IMG/VR virus record: IMGVR_UViG_3300042691_005779
Origin: a virus
Lineage: Duplodnaviria; Heunggongvirae; Uroviricota; Caudoviricetes
Length of the DNA stretch: 64,000 bases
Direction: 5' to 3' (one strand)
A program made the position numbers and the translations under genes. Positions 11,301 through 20,420 of the stretch are shown here, in pieces (position 1 is the stretch's first letter; each line of letters opens with the position of its first letter). Under the pieces are notes generated by a model. That model was not told where the DNA came from. It saw nothing but the letters and a program-made list of their open reading frames with translations, and ran no database searches.

Positions 11301-14300
11301 GTATCATTCTTTACAGAAGAAACTATACCATTCTTAAACTCATCAGCTAATTGTCTAGCTGCTGTGGTGAAGTTAGAATCTCCCACCTGAACATCACCAT
11401 TGTCTAGGATGTACAAGTTTTTAACTGTAGGGTTTTGTTTATTAAACAATCTCCATAAGGCATTAACTAATCTAAGTTGATGGTCTTCACCTAGGTTTTC
11501 ATAGCTAGGGTCTCCATCATCATATGGTTTTCTTGTAATACGCTCATATAATGTACGATAGTTTTCATCATCTATTGCTAGTTGACGTAAAGCTTCTAAC
11601 ATTTCATCAGGGTTAGTGGCTGCATATGTTCTATTAATGATAGTCATATAAACCTCACTTGTAGGAATTAACTTAGCTCCATTAATAGATGTATATACCA
11701 AGTCACCATTTCTAACTATAGGAATAGTAGAAAGCAATAACTTGATAGCAGAGTTGGCCTTTCTGAAGTTATCTATCTTCTCAGCACTACTGTATGTTTC
11801 ATCTTTACCTTTGTCTTCAAGAACAACTGCTTCATTGTTCTCATCAAACTCAATGTTATAAGATAGTAAGTATTCTTTATGCTTCTCAGTTAGTGCATCC
11901 CAGTTGTTTGTAATCCTACTCCATAGTGAATTAGACTTATCAATGATAGACGCATATCTTTCTTCAGCAGCTTTACCTTCTTGCTCACTTACCTTTCTAG
12001 CTTTCTCAATTAACTTTTCAGCAGCCTTTCTAGACTTAAGTGCTGTCTTTTGTAAAGCATCCTTAAGTTCTTCATTACTTACAGTATTGTTAGTAATGTT
12101 AAATATATTACCTCCTGGTCTAACAACTCTTCTTAAAACCTCATAGGTCATTTGTTGCATGATGTCATTCACCTCTTGACCTGCAAATCCTTTAATACGT
12201 GTTTCACTTTCTCTATCTGCAAATGCATCACTGATATTAATAATACCTGCTTTTGCATAAGATAGTTGTTGACGTGCAGGAAATTGCTTGCTATAGAAAC
12301 CAGTGGTCATTCTCTTGAATAACTCCTCTGTGTTCCTAGCAGCTTGTGGTCCTACAAAGAATGACTTGATGAAGTTAACTAAGTCATTGAACAACTTAAC
12401 AATAAATGGTTGTCCTTTAGCTGGTTTCATTGGAACCTTGCCATATTGTACAAAGTCTCTGAACTCCTCAGCTAATTGTTCTTTAAGTTGGAAGTCAGTA
12501 GCCTCAGAGTATTTGATTGTTTCACCAGTCACTCTGTCTACAAAACTACCAGCTCTATTTCTAAATTCATTAGTAATGTTAATCTTTTCTTCAGGGCTAG
12601 AGAATAGTTTCCATACTGCTTCAAATACCTCATGGTATGCTGTACCCACCTCTGCATTCTCGTATACATAGATGCCACCATTTCTCAACATACCCCAAGC
12701 CTCAATACCACCCAAGCCTCTGATAATGTTCTTAACTCTATATAGAGGAATCATAGGGAAGTTATTCTTCATGAACTCCTCAATCTTTGGCCAATCTTCT
12801 TTCTCAAACTTATCTGTATCTTGCTGAACCTTAACACGAAATGGTGCATCATCTCCCATCTCATTCATCTGTTGTCTAATCAAATCCTCATCAGATGGAG
12901 TAATCTCAGCCTCATCACTTTCTGTAGCAACTTCTTCAACAGGAGCTACAGTAGCTACAGGAGCAGGAGTTGGTTGAGCTACAGGAGCAGCAGCAGGGGT
13001 TGTCAACTTATTATATATAGAGTTAGCTAATAAACTAGTAGCTTTATCAATAGGAAGGCTTTTCTCTGCAGCTAATTTTTCAATTGCTGGTTGAGATACT
13101 AACTTACCACTTGCATCTTGTACTAACGCAACACCAGACTTACCACCACTTGTTGTTAACTCTTCACCATTTACAGTGAATACAATATCTCCATACTGAG
13201 CATTCTTGATTGTGTTAGGTGTTTTACCATCCATTACAAATCCTGCTGTTGGAGAAGGAGCTACAGGAATAACAATGTTCTTCTTAGCCACTGTAGCTTT
13301 ATTAATTACACCAGCATACTTTTCTTTTGTATCTGTGTTTACAAAGTAGATACCTTCTCTATTAGTAGTGGTAGGTGTAGCTTCTTTGTAAGGTACAGTT
13401 AGTGGAGTTTCTTGTCCTGTTCTACCTGACGTAGATAATAAGTAGCTTTGATAGTTCTTCCACTTTTTGGTGGTTATCTTGCCATCAGCACCAACGCTTA
13501 GTATTTGTTCATAAGAGTTATTCCAATTAGATAGTTCAGAGCTAACGTAAGCAGATCTTACGTTATTGTACATAGTTTGTAACTTCTCTACAATAGCATC
13601 TTTATTTGCTTCTATGCTAAGTGGAGTGAATGGATAACTTGTACCATCATTTGATATGTTAAGTTTTAATTCTAGTGGACCATCTGCATTAAACCACACA
13701 CTGTTTGGACTAGCAGCATTTTTAGGACTTCCCCAATAGGTTACAGTACGTAACCAATCAAATAGACGATCAGCCCCTAGACGTTTAGCCTCAGCTGAAT
13801 TAAAGTCTCCTACTTCAAATCTAATAGTAGCTAATCTACTAATTGCTTGATAAATTACCTCAGCTTCTTTTTCACTATGTAACTTGTTCTGTAATGGAAC
13901 ATAACCATTACCTGCTATCAAGAATATTTTACCTAAAGCATTAGCATAACTTGTTGATCCTCTTTGAGCTACATTGTTCAAAGTAGGAATATATATTACA
14001 GGCTTTGTAGCTAGGTCTGATTCTTGAATCAATCCAGCAGCTACAGCACCAGTTCTTACGTTCTTAACAGGATTACCCTGTGCATCTAATACAGTTTGAG
14101 GAACACCAAATGATGCCTCAATCTGGAAAGTGTTTAAGTCTGTAGAGTCTAATGTTTCATTTGCAAACTCAGTGTACTCTTTTATAATTGCATTCTTCTC
14201 AGCTTCTGTTGTATCCTGAGGGAACATACTCTTACCACCAAACTTCTCGCTCCACTGGAACTTAGGATCTGGCATCACTTGAAATACAGCAGTATCAAAT

Positions 14301-17300
14301 GTAGGGTTGTCTAATGTTTTACCATCTACACCCACCACTTTAATCTTGCTACCAACTTGCTCAACCATTACCACAGCAATAGTTTTGCTAGGATCCACAT
14401 CACTAGTTCCTTTGATGTGATTCATCAATCCTTTTAGTCCTAGTTGTTCTTCATTTTTAGCTGTTACATATACACCACGTATTTGTTTTCTATTAGAAAA
14501 CTTATACATGTCAGCTCCAAACTTTATAGAGTTTTGATACCCAGGAAGTTGAGGAGTAGATATAGTGGCTCTAGGAATAATTAACTTGGTCTTTTTATTA
14601 ACCTGCTCATACTCAGCAGCTTTGGCACCAGTTTGTTCGCCTGGTACTTCTGTATTCTGACTATTTAGAATTTCTTCATTTCCCTTCTTAATCTTTTCAT
14701 CCTTAGCCTTATTCTTAAAATAGTTGGTAGCTGCCTTATTATATTCTGCAAAGATAGCATTAATTAACTCAGGGTTGTCTAATGAGTTAACAAACTCTAA
14801 AGCACTTTGATCTTCAGGCTTTTGAACATCTTTGAACTCAGCCTTCTTTAACACAGTGGCAATAGCCTTATCCATGATGTAATTAACATCCTCATTTGAA
14901 ACTAACTGGTCACTTATTTTAAACTGTCTGAACTGTTCAGGAGTAAGGAAAGTTACACTACCATCAGGAAGTTGAACTTCTAGTTCTCCTCCTAAGGTTT
15001 GTGATAGTACGCTTATCTTTGGCTGAACTATTAGTTTACCATTCTGTACCAATACTGGTTCTTCAAGAGTATACTCTTTACCAATCTCTAACTTCTTCTC
15101 AACAATTTTCTCTTTCCCTTTCTTCTTTGTTGGGGCAACTCTCTGTTCAACAGTAACTGGAACTTCTTCCTCTGCACCAAACTCTTCTTCCATTTCCTCA
15201 TATCCTTTAGGATCTTGCTTGATAGCATCATACTCTTGGATATATTTTCTTCTGTTTAATGAAAGGTCAATAACATCAGCTAGTGCAGTTTTAAGATCTT
15301 CTTTAACATCAGATATAACATCCATGCTATTGATTTGATCTAGTACAGTTTGTGTAGCTTGTTTGTTAGGCTCATTACCTGAAATAATACTTTGTAAGAT
15401 TTCAGCAGTATTGATACCAGCTACATTTAAAATAGAATTCACTTGTGGAATACGCACATCATAGTTACCCACCTTGGCTGTGGCATATACAAGTTTGTCT
15501 ATCACCTTATCACTATATAACTTGTTACCTTCTCTATCAGCAATGTTAGAATATCTTTCTCTAACCATAGAATAGGTATCTTCTACCTGCTTGGCTAGAG
15601 CTGATAAGTTGTCAAGTCTTTGAACAAATTGTTCTTTAGTTTCATTAGCATTAACTATACCATCAGCTACTAATTCCTCAAAGCCTACGTTATCCATAGC
15701 TTGAGATTTGTAGTAGGATAGTTCTTGGTTAACAGCATCTATCTTACCATACTTTACTCTAGGCATTAAATAAGATAGAGTGAAGTCATGCTCCATGTCT
15801 TTCTCAGTGAGTTTATCATTAGCTATGATAGCTGCTTGTCTTGCTTTCTGAGAACCAATACCAATACCAACATAGTTAGCTAGGTCTTTTAGAACAGCTG
15901 CAGAGTTTGTTTTATTCAATGCCTGTATTGCTACATCTGTATTTCTACCTCTTTCACCACCATATCCTAAAAATCCTCTTTCTCCTAATTCACCAGATTT
16001 ACCAAACCCTACTCTTGTTCTTCCTTGCTCATCTTGGTATGTGCCTACATATCCAGCTTGTTGTAATCCACCAGACAACGCACCTATGAGGATGTTTTGC
16101 ATACCCTCTTTGGTATTCAATGTTTCATCTATACCATATTCAACTATGTTTCCCATTACACTGTTTGTGTTATTTAGGAAACTAGAAACATCTTTTTTAT
16201 TTCTATATGCTCTATTGAAATAATCATTAACACCAGTTTGAATAGCAAACTGTGCACCTTCTTCAAAACCTTCTGAAGGAGATACAATAAGTCCACCAAT
16301 GTTTCTGATGCCACTACCTATTTTACCAAGTCTTGTCTTTGGTAAGTATTTAGACCATTCTCCACCAACTACTGATTGCTCAATGTCATTGATCAATGCA
16401 GCATCTGCTTTCTTAGAAGAACCCAAAATCTTTGGAAGTTGAATGTAGTTTGTTGCTGTGAGTAGCAATGAGTTCATTCCCCATGTAAAGTTACCTATCT
16501 TATCTGCATAAGCGTTGATAGCATCTAGATCTTTACCTGTAGGAGTTTCACCATACTTATCTCTATATTCTTCGATAGCATTGTTTCTAAAGGTGTTCAT
16601 GTTCTGAAGACCTTCTAATCCTGCTTCACCAAATGTACCTGTGGCAGATGTAATAATTCTGTCTGAGTTTCTCAATACAGAAGCTGCTGGTGACTTTAAA
16701 TACTTCTGTGCTACAGAGTTAAGTGCACCATCAAACGCAGCAAACTTTTGTAACCTAGGAGCTGCAGCCATAGATTCTTCTACAGCTGTTAGTGCTTCCA
16801 GACCTTGACCTGCTTTGACTAACTTACTAGTTACACCCAATGCCTTTAGGGCTTTGCTCCACGCAAAACCACCTCCTATTGTACCTAATGAATACCCTAA
16901 GTTTTTAAGGATACCATCAGAAAAGAAGTTAGCTGTCAATAAATAATCAGGGGAATACCAGTTAGCATCAGTTTGCTTCTGGGTCATATAGTTAGGAAGT
17001 ATATCTTCTAATGCCTTGTATGAATCATCTAACTTCCTATTAATCTCATTATCAAACAATGAAGAGAATCTACCATCACGTACCATAGCACCTAAGCCAT
17101 AGACAGTACCAGCTGTACCAGAGATAAAACTATTGGTAGCTGTGCCTACAAACTTTAAGGCACCATTTCTCCACTGCTCTAGTGCACTCTGTTGTTGTGC
17201 ATACTTTTCTTCTAGATCAGTTTCATATGGTCTACTGCTTTTATATCTATTGCCAATATATATTGAAGAAACAGGAAGTTGAGGAACTTTAGTTTTTCCT

Positions 17301-17494
17301 GGATCAGTATTGTTCCATATATCTTGAGGAGACATATCACCTCCAACAACACCCACCTTGCTATCAGTTCTAGAGAAATCAAGACTGATATCTGGAAAAT
17401 TTGACTGACCACCCAAGTTAACAACTTTTGGTTCAGTGGTAGGCTGCGTAGCATTAACACCTTCTCCTAAATTAATTATTTTTTCTTCTGGCAT
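5327..17494 (-). CDS. Giant virion-packaged RNA polymerase-like protein (4055 aa), crAss-like vRNAP type multidomain protein
   Basis: A 12.2-kb uninterrupted ORF. DxDxD-type motif KKAGSDFDIDKLSVY at nt about 8150-8164, as in the double-psi-beta-barrel virion RNAP of crAss-like phages. A low-complexity PTPAAAPVAQPTPAPVATVAPVEEV linker separates an N-terminal block of about 1450 aa. Confidence 0.65.
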   Translation of the reverse strand: MPEEKIINLGEGVNATQPTTEPKVVNLGGQSNFPDISLDFSRTDSKVGVVGGDMSPQDIWNNTDPGKTKVPQLPVSSIYIGNRYKSSRPYETDLEEKYAQQQSALEQWRNGALKFVGTATNSFISGTAGTVYGLGAMVRDGRFSSLFDNEINRKLDDSYKALEDILPNYMTQKQTDANWYSPDYLLTANFFSDGILKNLGYSLGTIGGGFAWSKALKALGVTSKLVKAGQGLEALTAVEESMAAAPRLQKFAAFDGALNSVAQKYLKSPAASVLRNSDRIITSATGTFGEAGLEGLQNMNTFRNNAIEEYRDKYGETPTGKDLDAINAYADKIGNFTWGMNSLLLTATNYIQLPKILGSSKKADAALINDIEQSVVGGEWSKYLPKTRLGKIGSGIRNIGGLIVSPSEGFEEGAQFAIQTGVNDYFNRAYRNKKDVSSFLNNTNSVMGNIVEYGIDETLNTKEGMQNILIGALSGGLQQAGYVGTYQDEQGRTRVGFGKSGELGERGFLGYGGERGRNTDVAIQALNKTNSAAVLKDLANYVGIGIGSQKARQAAIIANDKLTEKDMEHDFTLSYLMPRVKYGKIDAVNQELSYYKSQAMDNVGFEELVADGIVNANETKEQFVQRLDNLSALAKQVEDTYSMVRERYSNIADREGNKLYSDKVIDKLVYATAKVGNYDVRIPQVNSILNVAGINTAEILQSIISGNEPNKQATQTVLDQINSMDVISDVKEDLKTALADVIDLSLNRRKYIQEYDAIKQDPKGYEEMEEEFGAEEEVPVTVEQRVAPTKKKGKEKIVEKKLEIGKEYTLEEPVLVQNGKLIVQPKISVLSQTLGGELEVQLPDGSVTFLTPEQFRQFKISDQLVSNEDVNYIMDKAIATVLKKAEFKDVQKPEDQSALEFVNSLDNPELINAIFAEYNKAATNYFKNKAKDEKIKKGNEEILNSQNTEVPGEQTGAKAAEYEQVNKKTKLIIPRATISTPQLPGYQNSIKFGADMYKFSNRKQIRGVYVTAKNEEQLGLKGLMNHIKGTSDVDPSKTIAVVMVEQVGSKIKVVGVDGKTLDNPTFDTAVFQVMPDPKFQWSEKFGGKSMFPQDTTEAEKNAIIKEYTEFANETLDSTDLNTFQIEASFGVPQTVLDAQGNPVKNVRTGAVAAGLIQESDLATKPVIYIPTLNNVAQRGSTSYANALGKIFLIAGNGYVPLQNKLHSEKEAEVIYQAISRLATIRFEVGDFNSAEAKRLGADRLFDWLRTVTYWGSPKNAASPNSVWFNADGPLELKLNISNDGTSYPFTPLSIEANKDAIVEKLQTMYNNVRSAYVSSELSNWNNSYEQILSVGADGKITTKKWKNYQSYLLSTSGRTGQETPLTVPYKEATPTTTNREGIYFVNTDTKEKYAGVINKATVAKKNIVIPVAPSPTAGFVMDGKTPNTIKNAQYGDIVFTVNGEELTTSGGKSGVALVQDASGKLVSQPAIEKLAAEKSLPIDKATSLLANSIYNKLTTPAAAPVAQPTPAPVATVAPVEEVATESDEAEITPSDEDLIRQQMNEMGDDAPFRVKVQQDTDKFEKEDWPKIEEFMKNNFPMIPLYRVKNIIRGLGGIEAWGMLRNGGIYVYENAEVGTAYHEVFEAVWKLFSSPEEKINITNEFRNRAGSFVDRVTGETIKYSEATDFQLKEQLAEEFRDFVQYGKVPMKPAKGQPFIVKLFNDLVNFIKSFFVGPQAARNTEELFKRMTTGFYSKQFPARQQLSYAKAGIINISDAFADRESETRIKGFAGQEVNDIMQQMTYEVLRRVVRPGGNIFNITNNTVSNEELKDALQKTALKSRKAAEKLIEKARKVSEQEGKAAEERYASIIDKSNSLWSRITNNWDALTEKHKEYLLSYNIEFDENNEAVVLEDKGKDETYSSAEKIDNFRKANSAIKLLLSTIPIVRNGDLVYTSINGAKLIPTSEVYMTIINRTYAATNPDEMLEALRQLAIDDENYRTLYERITRKPYDDGDPSYENLGEDHQLRLVNALWRLFNKQNPTVKNLYILDNGDVQVGDSNFTTAARQLADEFKNGIVSSVKNDTKYFEYSGLRKGYAPKINNQGKAVIGDFPTATLEEQVKFLNKLGIPFNIADVDQLDVDDKTRFTNATLGIKKSFTDLEVVSTLTGRTLSINGRLLELATIQAKIKNPEFDSVFYNVNGDATQTFIGVNALSNLHSALSKLSNISELANTPYAYLLTDTFAQNSVILNKMFDIAGNGDRIKDSENLMEPAWADGTINSTNAKKKQSSKLTYQERLIQEINMNLAGFYYNLVPGDSSLEHMVYMKNAVSKENVIEGYENGGINEIFKGYLISELNLAKEGRDVRNSKELRFFKAILGETLHNDIIEAEGTSEEVYAANEDRINAALAKYIADKTRQFKNTLYDYDIIKIDEEEPDVWTLTNLSMGKVMDDEDLMQHLEMLQINFMINNIELHKLLYSDPYQYKDELKRIKNFLSPRQSLAANSSELNAAMNNVYNKEFKEGEVGYIDFTRDYFRTVTMTDVLAVGDLPGYGKGGINKEEADSLTPIEQNFTDGQGGRKMQAKFAGKSTMDLILSGDRTRTTRANTDIQRMMQDYGLTNIEDLVGKTIRMTDKSGRVAYTRITNVVPFTKEYQDATWQKEGWEKSVTDRLVGQYPYAIEFELASEEEPFEETDGSGIISLPAHRNFRIRSGDWNSDEELQYRFDIRYEKAVKAGATPEQIKELLKSNPGVQSTYTPIKPIVSGNKGNGQLYNDIVLDKFALYPLSFRVLHEFNPDVNAIKLYNKMQREDIDYVVFKSGRKVGAQETFDPYDENDNFNEAPFTEKQLVNVPFSIMSTQSDVPSKEDGEVTRGSQITKLVTLDLMETGVPVDYKGGVEVWNRLSEDKKKEASPLYNEIKNNQYILEGMISLGFNNLLNSMGIKKVGEKFEVTDFSKAANTLRREILKREVNDNIADSLAGFLEGKVTLEATPAYQQIRNILYSIADREVISQKVNGGMKVQLPSTFMEENRVKKAGEKGYTSDVLKFYTNKEGQRVAEVMLSRWFDIDMSDQELLDYLNNTDEGQEILKGIGFRIPTQKQNSIDVIKVAKFLPKEFGDSVIIPSALVKKAGSDFDIDKLSVYLKNIYQDKNGDLRVIPYFGVGEKAIAKIKAMGLDMNTYELYKRSLENAYFKSLENLISSEENFEPLTTPNSADQLKKLSGEIVGKLGLAKIDYTDPGNMLDRRFMSRLRQAFISGKYAIGIAAVNQTNHSLNQRSNIFVDFDGMQDKLSDVDREWMGDGKIKFESYNTVEVNGKTYPSLSQVYNQGKQRISDILSQFIDGFVDIAKGPWIIELGMTPNVASTWMFLAKVGVPIKSIAYFMNQPIIRDYLRKIENSGYSWLFIDDFVKEIKADPKYAVGENYNFSKFTTIPNNTKLLETLGAKKLPNQDDRAQQQFMLDEFLKYAKMASQLFTVTQGSNFDTATFNDPYLVFKKQQQLIKAQKTIIASVDKNGNIIPGVDSILENSFLGVMANRLQDVRNAYAEILTSDNKNVRSVIEKVLLPYTDLPDGDFIKVAQKAVADLFDWAVQIDRKLNTQISEILLSDNNAARDINNFVVKVKNNKRHKLIDNQAIKLLEQLPSPTKGGVNNVKIKNKSNKVFDQNEIINGFRELKEYLGDDPLYGKIVRLAVLQSGLSKSPISYTSLLPYEDFEEVYNKTLSTLNKMPNLDDFYNLGVFQRNNWNNDDIVPYRKAKFKQNKNGDWFYANALNMKDQTIEDATNLGRIPQLMKLSSLARDANKDYIVYSWEIGSKEEKAEMRKRGDYSYIKKALFKKVYNGTSPLTTKNFYGTDVYTYKQINAWGDGIKANEFYNVVKTSVIPNGFEESREVEDADILEFFTYDEATGTDKETVTPPQTINESTNVIEGKISLPRRATKKTKFTIIRDNKEVEKEGYKLIIPEYPNANVYVSNEAIDQEGFIYKDDWRVEAGGLYITHIGSSTIDKAIAMFQQNVNNITNTEVLKKIQDVSNLFVGDPQETLTLQDGRAYTKLEIDGKLLKKLGYTPEEIGNILKEIC

Positions 17495-17500
17495 TCTTTA

Positions 17501-20344
17501 TTATTTTAATGCAGCTTGTGCAAATTCTGGACCTAGTGATTTCAATTTATTTACAACAACTTCCAAGTTTGGATCACCTGGTAATGCTTGTACATTCCTC
17601 TTACCACCATTTGCTGTAGAGGTATAAATATATGCATAGTACATATCATTAGCTTTCACTATATTAGCTTGCATATCATAGTTAGGATTACCTACCATTC
17701 TTGGGAATTCAAACTTTTCAAAGTATGAACCATTTTGTTTTAGATATGTAGAAACATCTCCTGCATCTAACATAGTTGTAGAGCCTAATGGATTTCTTCT
17801 TATAGCACGTCTTACGTTTGTAATTTCATCTGACTCATACAATCCACTTACATCAATACCAAGACCTTTAGCTTCATCATCTGCAATTACAATAGATCCA
17901 GACTTGTTAGTCTTTAAATCAGTTCCTAATATTTGTATAACCTTCTTTCCACCAGGACCTGTCATTGTTTTTGCTTCTAATGAAATATCTGCTAGATCTC
18001 CTTTAATAGCTTCTAACATTCCATCTAATTCACCTGAGACTGCTAAGTTCTTTCCAGATCTTCCATAATCAAGTGTCCATCTTCTAATATCATTAAGGGT
18101 TTGTCTGTCTGTTTCAGCATCACCTGTAAGGATAGGCATCTTAACATCAGGCTTGAAGAAGCTCTTACTTTGAAGAAGTTCAGCTTTTCTAGTTAATGCT
18201 TTTGCTGAAGCTTCAGTATTTATTATGTTATATACCTTTTTTAAATTGTTTTCAAAGTCACCTTTAGTATCCACGTTTACTTGATACCCTTTAGGGTTTC
18301 TTAAATAAACTTGATCTGTAAATGGTAATAGTTCTACACCTTGTCTTATTGTAGTTTTCCAATCTCTTAAAATACCTGAAGGACTAAGAGTACTGGTAGC
18401 AAACTTATCTAATACAGTGGGAATTAAAAAAGCTTTACCTCTGCTATTTAATCTAGCTTCAGCAGCTTTGGCATTTTCTTTATGCACCTTGTCATCAAAA
18501 TAGCCACCTACAGTGACATTACCTTTAGCATATATAGCTAGGTCATAGAAGTCTTCTTTAGTAACTATAACATCTTTACCTTGGAACTTCATTGGTGTAT
18601 CTTTGATATCTACAGTATTGATCACCTTTAATAAATCAGTTCCTAATTCTTTAGCCACTGCTGCATCAACATCTGCTGCCTCCTGTGATATAGATTGGAA
18701 AGTCTTTTGTTTCTTTTTAAACAAATTATAAGCATCACCCAAAGCAGGAGGTACCCCACCTGGCTTTGTCTTTAATTCATTTACCACTTTATCAGACCAT
18801 CTGTTTATAAAATCTACATATGGTTCTTTGTTAGCATTAGCAGTATTCTTTAAGATGGTTTCTATACCTTGCTCTCTTGTTTTACCTAATGCTATTTGTT
18901 TGCTTAGTGCCTGAATGTTTTTTGGATTGTTAGCAAAGAAGCCTGACCATACAAGTTCATTACCTGTAGTTAACATGTCATTAGCAGCGTTTGTTTTTAC
19001 TTGCTCACTGTTTACAATTACATCCATGCTAGATTCATTCTCAGCAAACTCAAGACCTCGTTCATCATCAGGACCAGACCCAGGTTTTTTCTTACCAGTT
19101 GTAGCTTTCAATGCTGCTATTCTAAGATCATTTTCTCTTGCTAATCTAGCTAATTCACTAGCTTGGGCAAGAGCATCATATTTGTACTTAAGGTCAGCAG
19201 CTGATTCTCTCATACGATTAGCCTCTTGCCATTCTTTAAAGTTAGCATTCCAAAGAGGACTTTCCATATTTTCCTTGCTCACCTTTACTGAACCAAACAT
19301 GCCTCGTAAGTTATCTAGAGAGTTTTCTTTATAAACAAATCCTCTTACGTAGTCTGGGTTCTTGTAAGCTTCTTGTGCTAGTTTATCATATGAAGAATTA
19401 ACTCCATCTAATTTACTTTGAAGCTGATCTATTTCTCCTTGTATGAGTTTCTTACCCTCATCAGTTTTTTCTAGTGTCTTACGTAATGTAAGTTCAGCTA
19501 TCTTATCATTGTATCCTGTTGTCTTCTCATCCCTTTGAGCATACACCATGTCTGCAAGACCTTTCTCATCAATGTTTCCATAGTTGTACTCTCCTGTAAT
19601 CTGAAGTTGCTTAGTCACTCTAGGATCAGAAAAGATCTGATTAAGTGTAGCTTTAACCTCTGCAGGTAGTCTACCCTCTTGTTCCATTCTTACCATGTAA
19701 GGAGAAACAACAGGAGTTTGTTTTATGATGTTACCTTTCTTATCTTTTACAATATCAAACTTATAGTTACCTTGAGCATCTGTTTCATACAATTGATCAA
19801 ATGACCACTTGCCTGGTTTAACAGCATCAAACTGCTCCTTAGCAAACTTCATGATGTCAAAGTGAGGATTGTATGTACCATTAAACACTTGTCCTGGTTT
19901 TGTAGAACTTAACCAAGGTTGAGCTTGTTTTTGAAAGTTTTTTATATTAGCTGGGTTTGATTTACCCTCATCTATATCTTTTTGGATTTTACTTAATCCA
20001 CTTCTATATCTAGCTGTAGACCCTATGGCATTTGTAATCAATTGATCCTTAGATATTTGTGCTGTCATGCCAGTAACAGAGTTAACTAACTGTTGGTTAG
20101 AGAAATCACCAGCTGCCACTGTCTTTAACTTATTACCTAATTCACCTAGCTTTGACTGAAGATATTCTTTATCTACATCTAAATACACGTCTACACCAGC
20201 CACCCTATCAATGTAGTTCTGGATTTTTTGCACACCTTGGTTGTACTGGGCCTGTTTGGCCATACCAACCTGGTACATCTCCTGAACTGGCAGTTCCTGG
20301 ATGTAGGGGTTAAATTGAAATGATTTATCAGTAAACGATGCCAT
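17501..20344 (-). CDS. Large virion (cargo/ejection) protein, 947 aa, function unknown
   Basis: Long ORF tightly packed upstream of the vRNAP-like gene; no recognisable catalytic motif. Confidence 0.55.
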   Translation of the reverse strand: MASFTDKSFQFNPYIQELPVQEMYQVGMAKQAQYNQGVQKIQNYIDRVAGVDVYLDVDKEYLQSKLGELGNKLKTVAAGDFSNQQLVNSVTGMTAQISKDQLITNAIGSTARYRSGLSKIQKDIDEGKSNPANIKNFQKQAQPWLSSTKPGQVFNGTYNPHFDIMKFAKEQFDAVKPGKWSFDQLYETDAQGNYKFDIVKDKKGNIIKQTPVVSPYMVRMEQEGRLPAEVKATLNQIFSDPRVTKQLQITGEYNYGNIDEKGLADMVYAQRDEKTTGYNDKIAELTLRKTLEKTDEGKKLIQGEIDQLQSKLDGVNSSYDKLAQEAYKNPDYVRGFVYKENSLDNLRGMFGSVKVSKENMESPLWNANFKEWQEANRMRESAADLKYKYDALAQASELARLARENDLRIAALKATTGKKKPGSGPDDERGLEFAENESSMDVIVNSEQVKTNAANDMLTTGNELVWSGFFANNPKNIQALSKQIALGKTREQGIETILKNTANANKEPYVDFINRWSDKVVNELKTKPGGVPPALGDAYNLFKKKQKTFQSISQEAADVDAAVAKELGTDLLKVINTVDIKDTPMKFQGKDVIVTKEDFYDLAIYAKGNVTVGGYFDDKVHKENAKAAEARLNSRGKAFLIPTVLDKFATSTLSPSGILRDWKTTIRQGVELLPFTDQVYLRNPKGYQVNVDTKGDFENNLKKVYNIINTEASAKALTRKAELLQSKSFFKPDVKMPILTGDAETDRQTLNDIRRWTLDYGRSGKNLAVSGELDGMLEAIKGDLADISLEAKTMTGPGGKKVIQILGTDLKTNKSGSIVIADDEAKGLGIDVSGLYESDEITNVRRAIRRNPLGSTTMLDAGDVSTYLKQNGSYFEKFEFPRMVGNPNYDMQANIVKANDMYYAYIYTSTANGGKRNVQALPGDPNLEVVVNKLKSLGPEFAQAALK

Positions 20345-20420
20345 AATACAAAATTAATTTAAAATATTAGAATTACCAAGAGCTATAACAAATTTTAGTA
20401 ATTCACTATAACTGAATTAG

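Noticed and set aside
12800-13100. Possible zincin-like HExxH site (AYHEVFEAV) in the 4055-aa protein
   Set aside because: The fifth residue is Glu, not His, and no downstream third ligand motif was seen; most likely a coincidence.
1622-17627. About 20 plus-strand ORFs of 60-150 aa (e.g. 1622..2065, 3680..3982, 8559..8882, 12303..12671, 17436..17627) inside the giant minus-strand genes
   Set aside because: All are antisense shadows of long, uninterrupted minus-strand ORFs in AT-rich DNA, and their low-complexity translations are Leu/Ser/Phe-rich as expected for noise.
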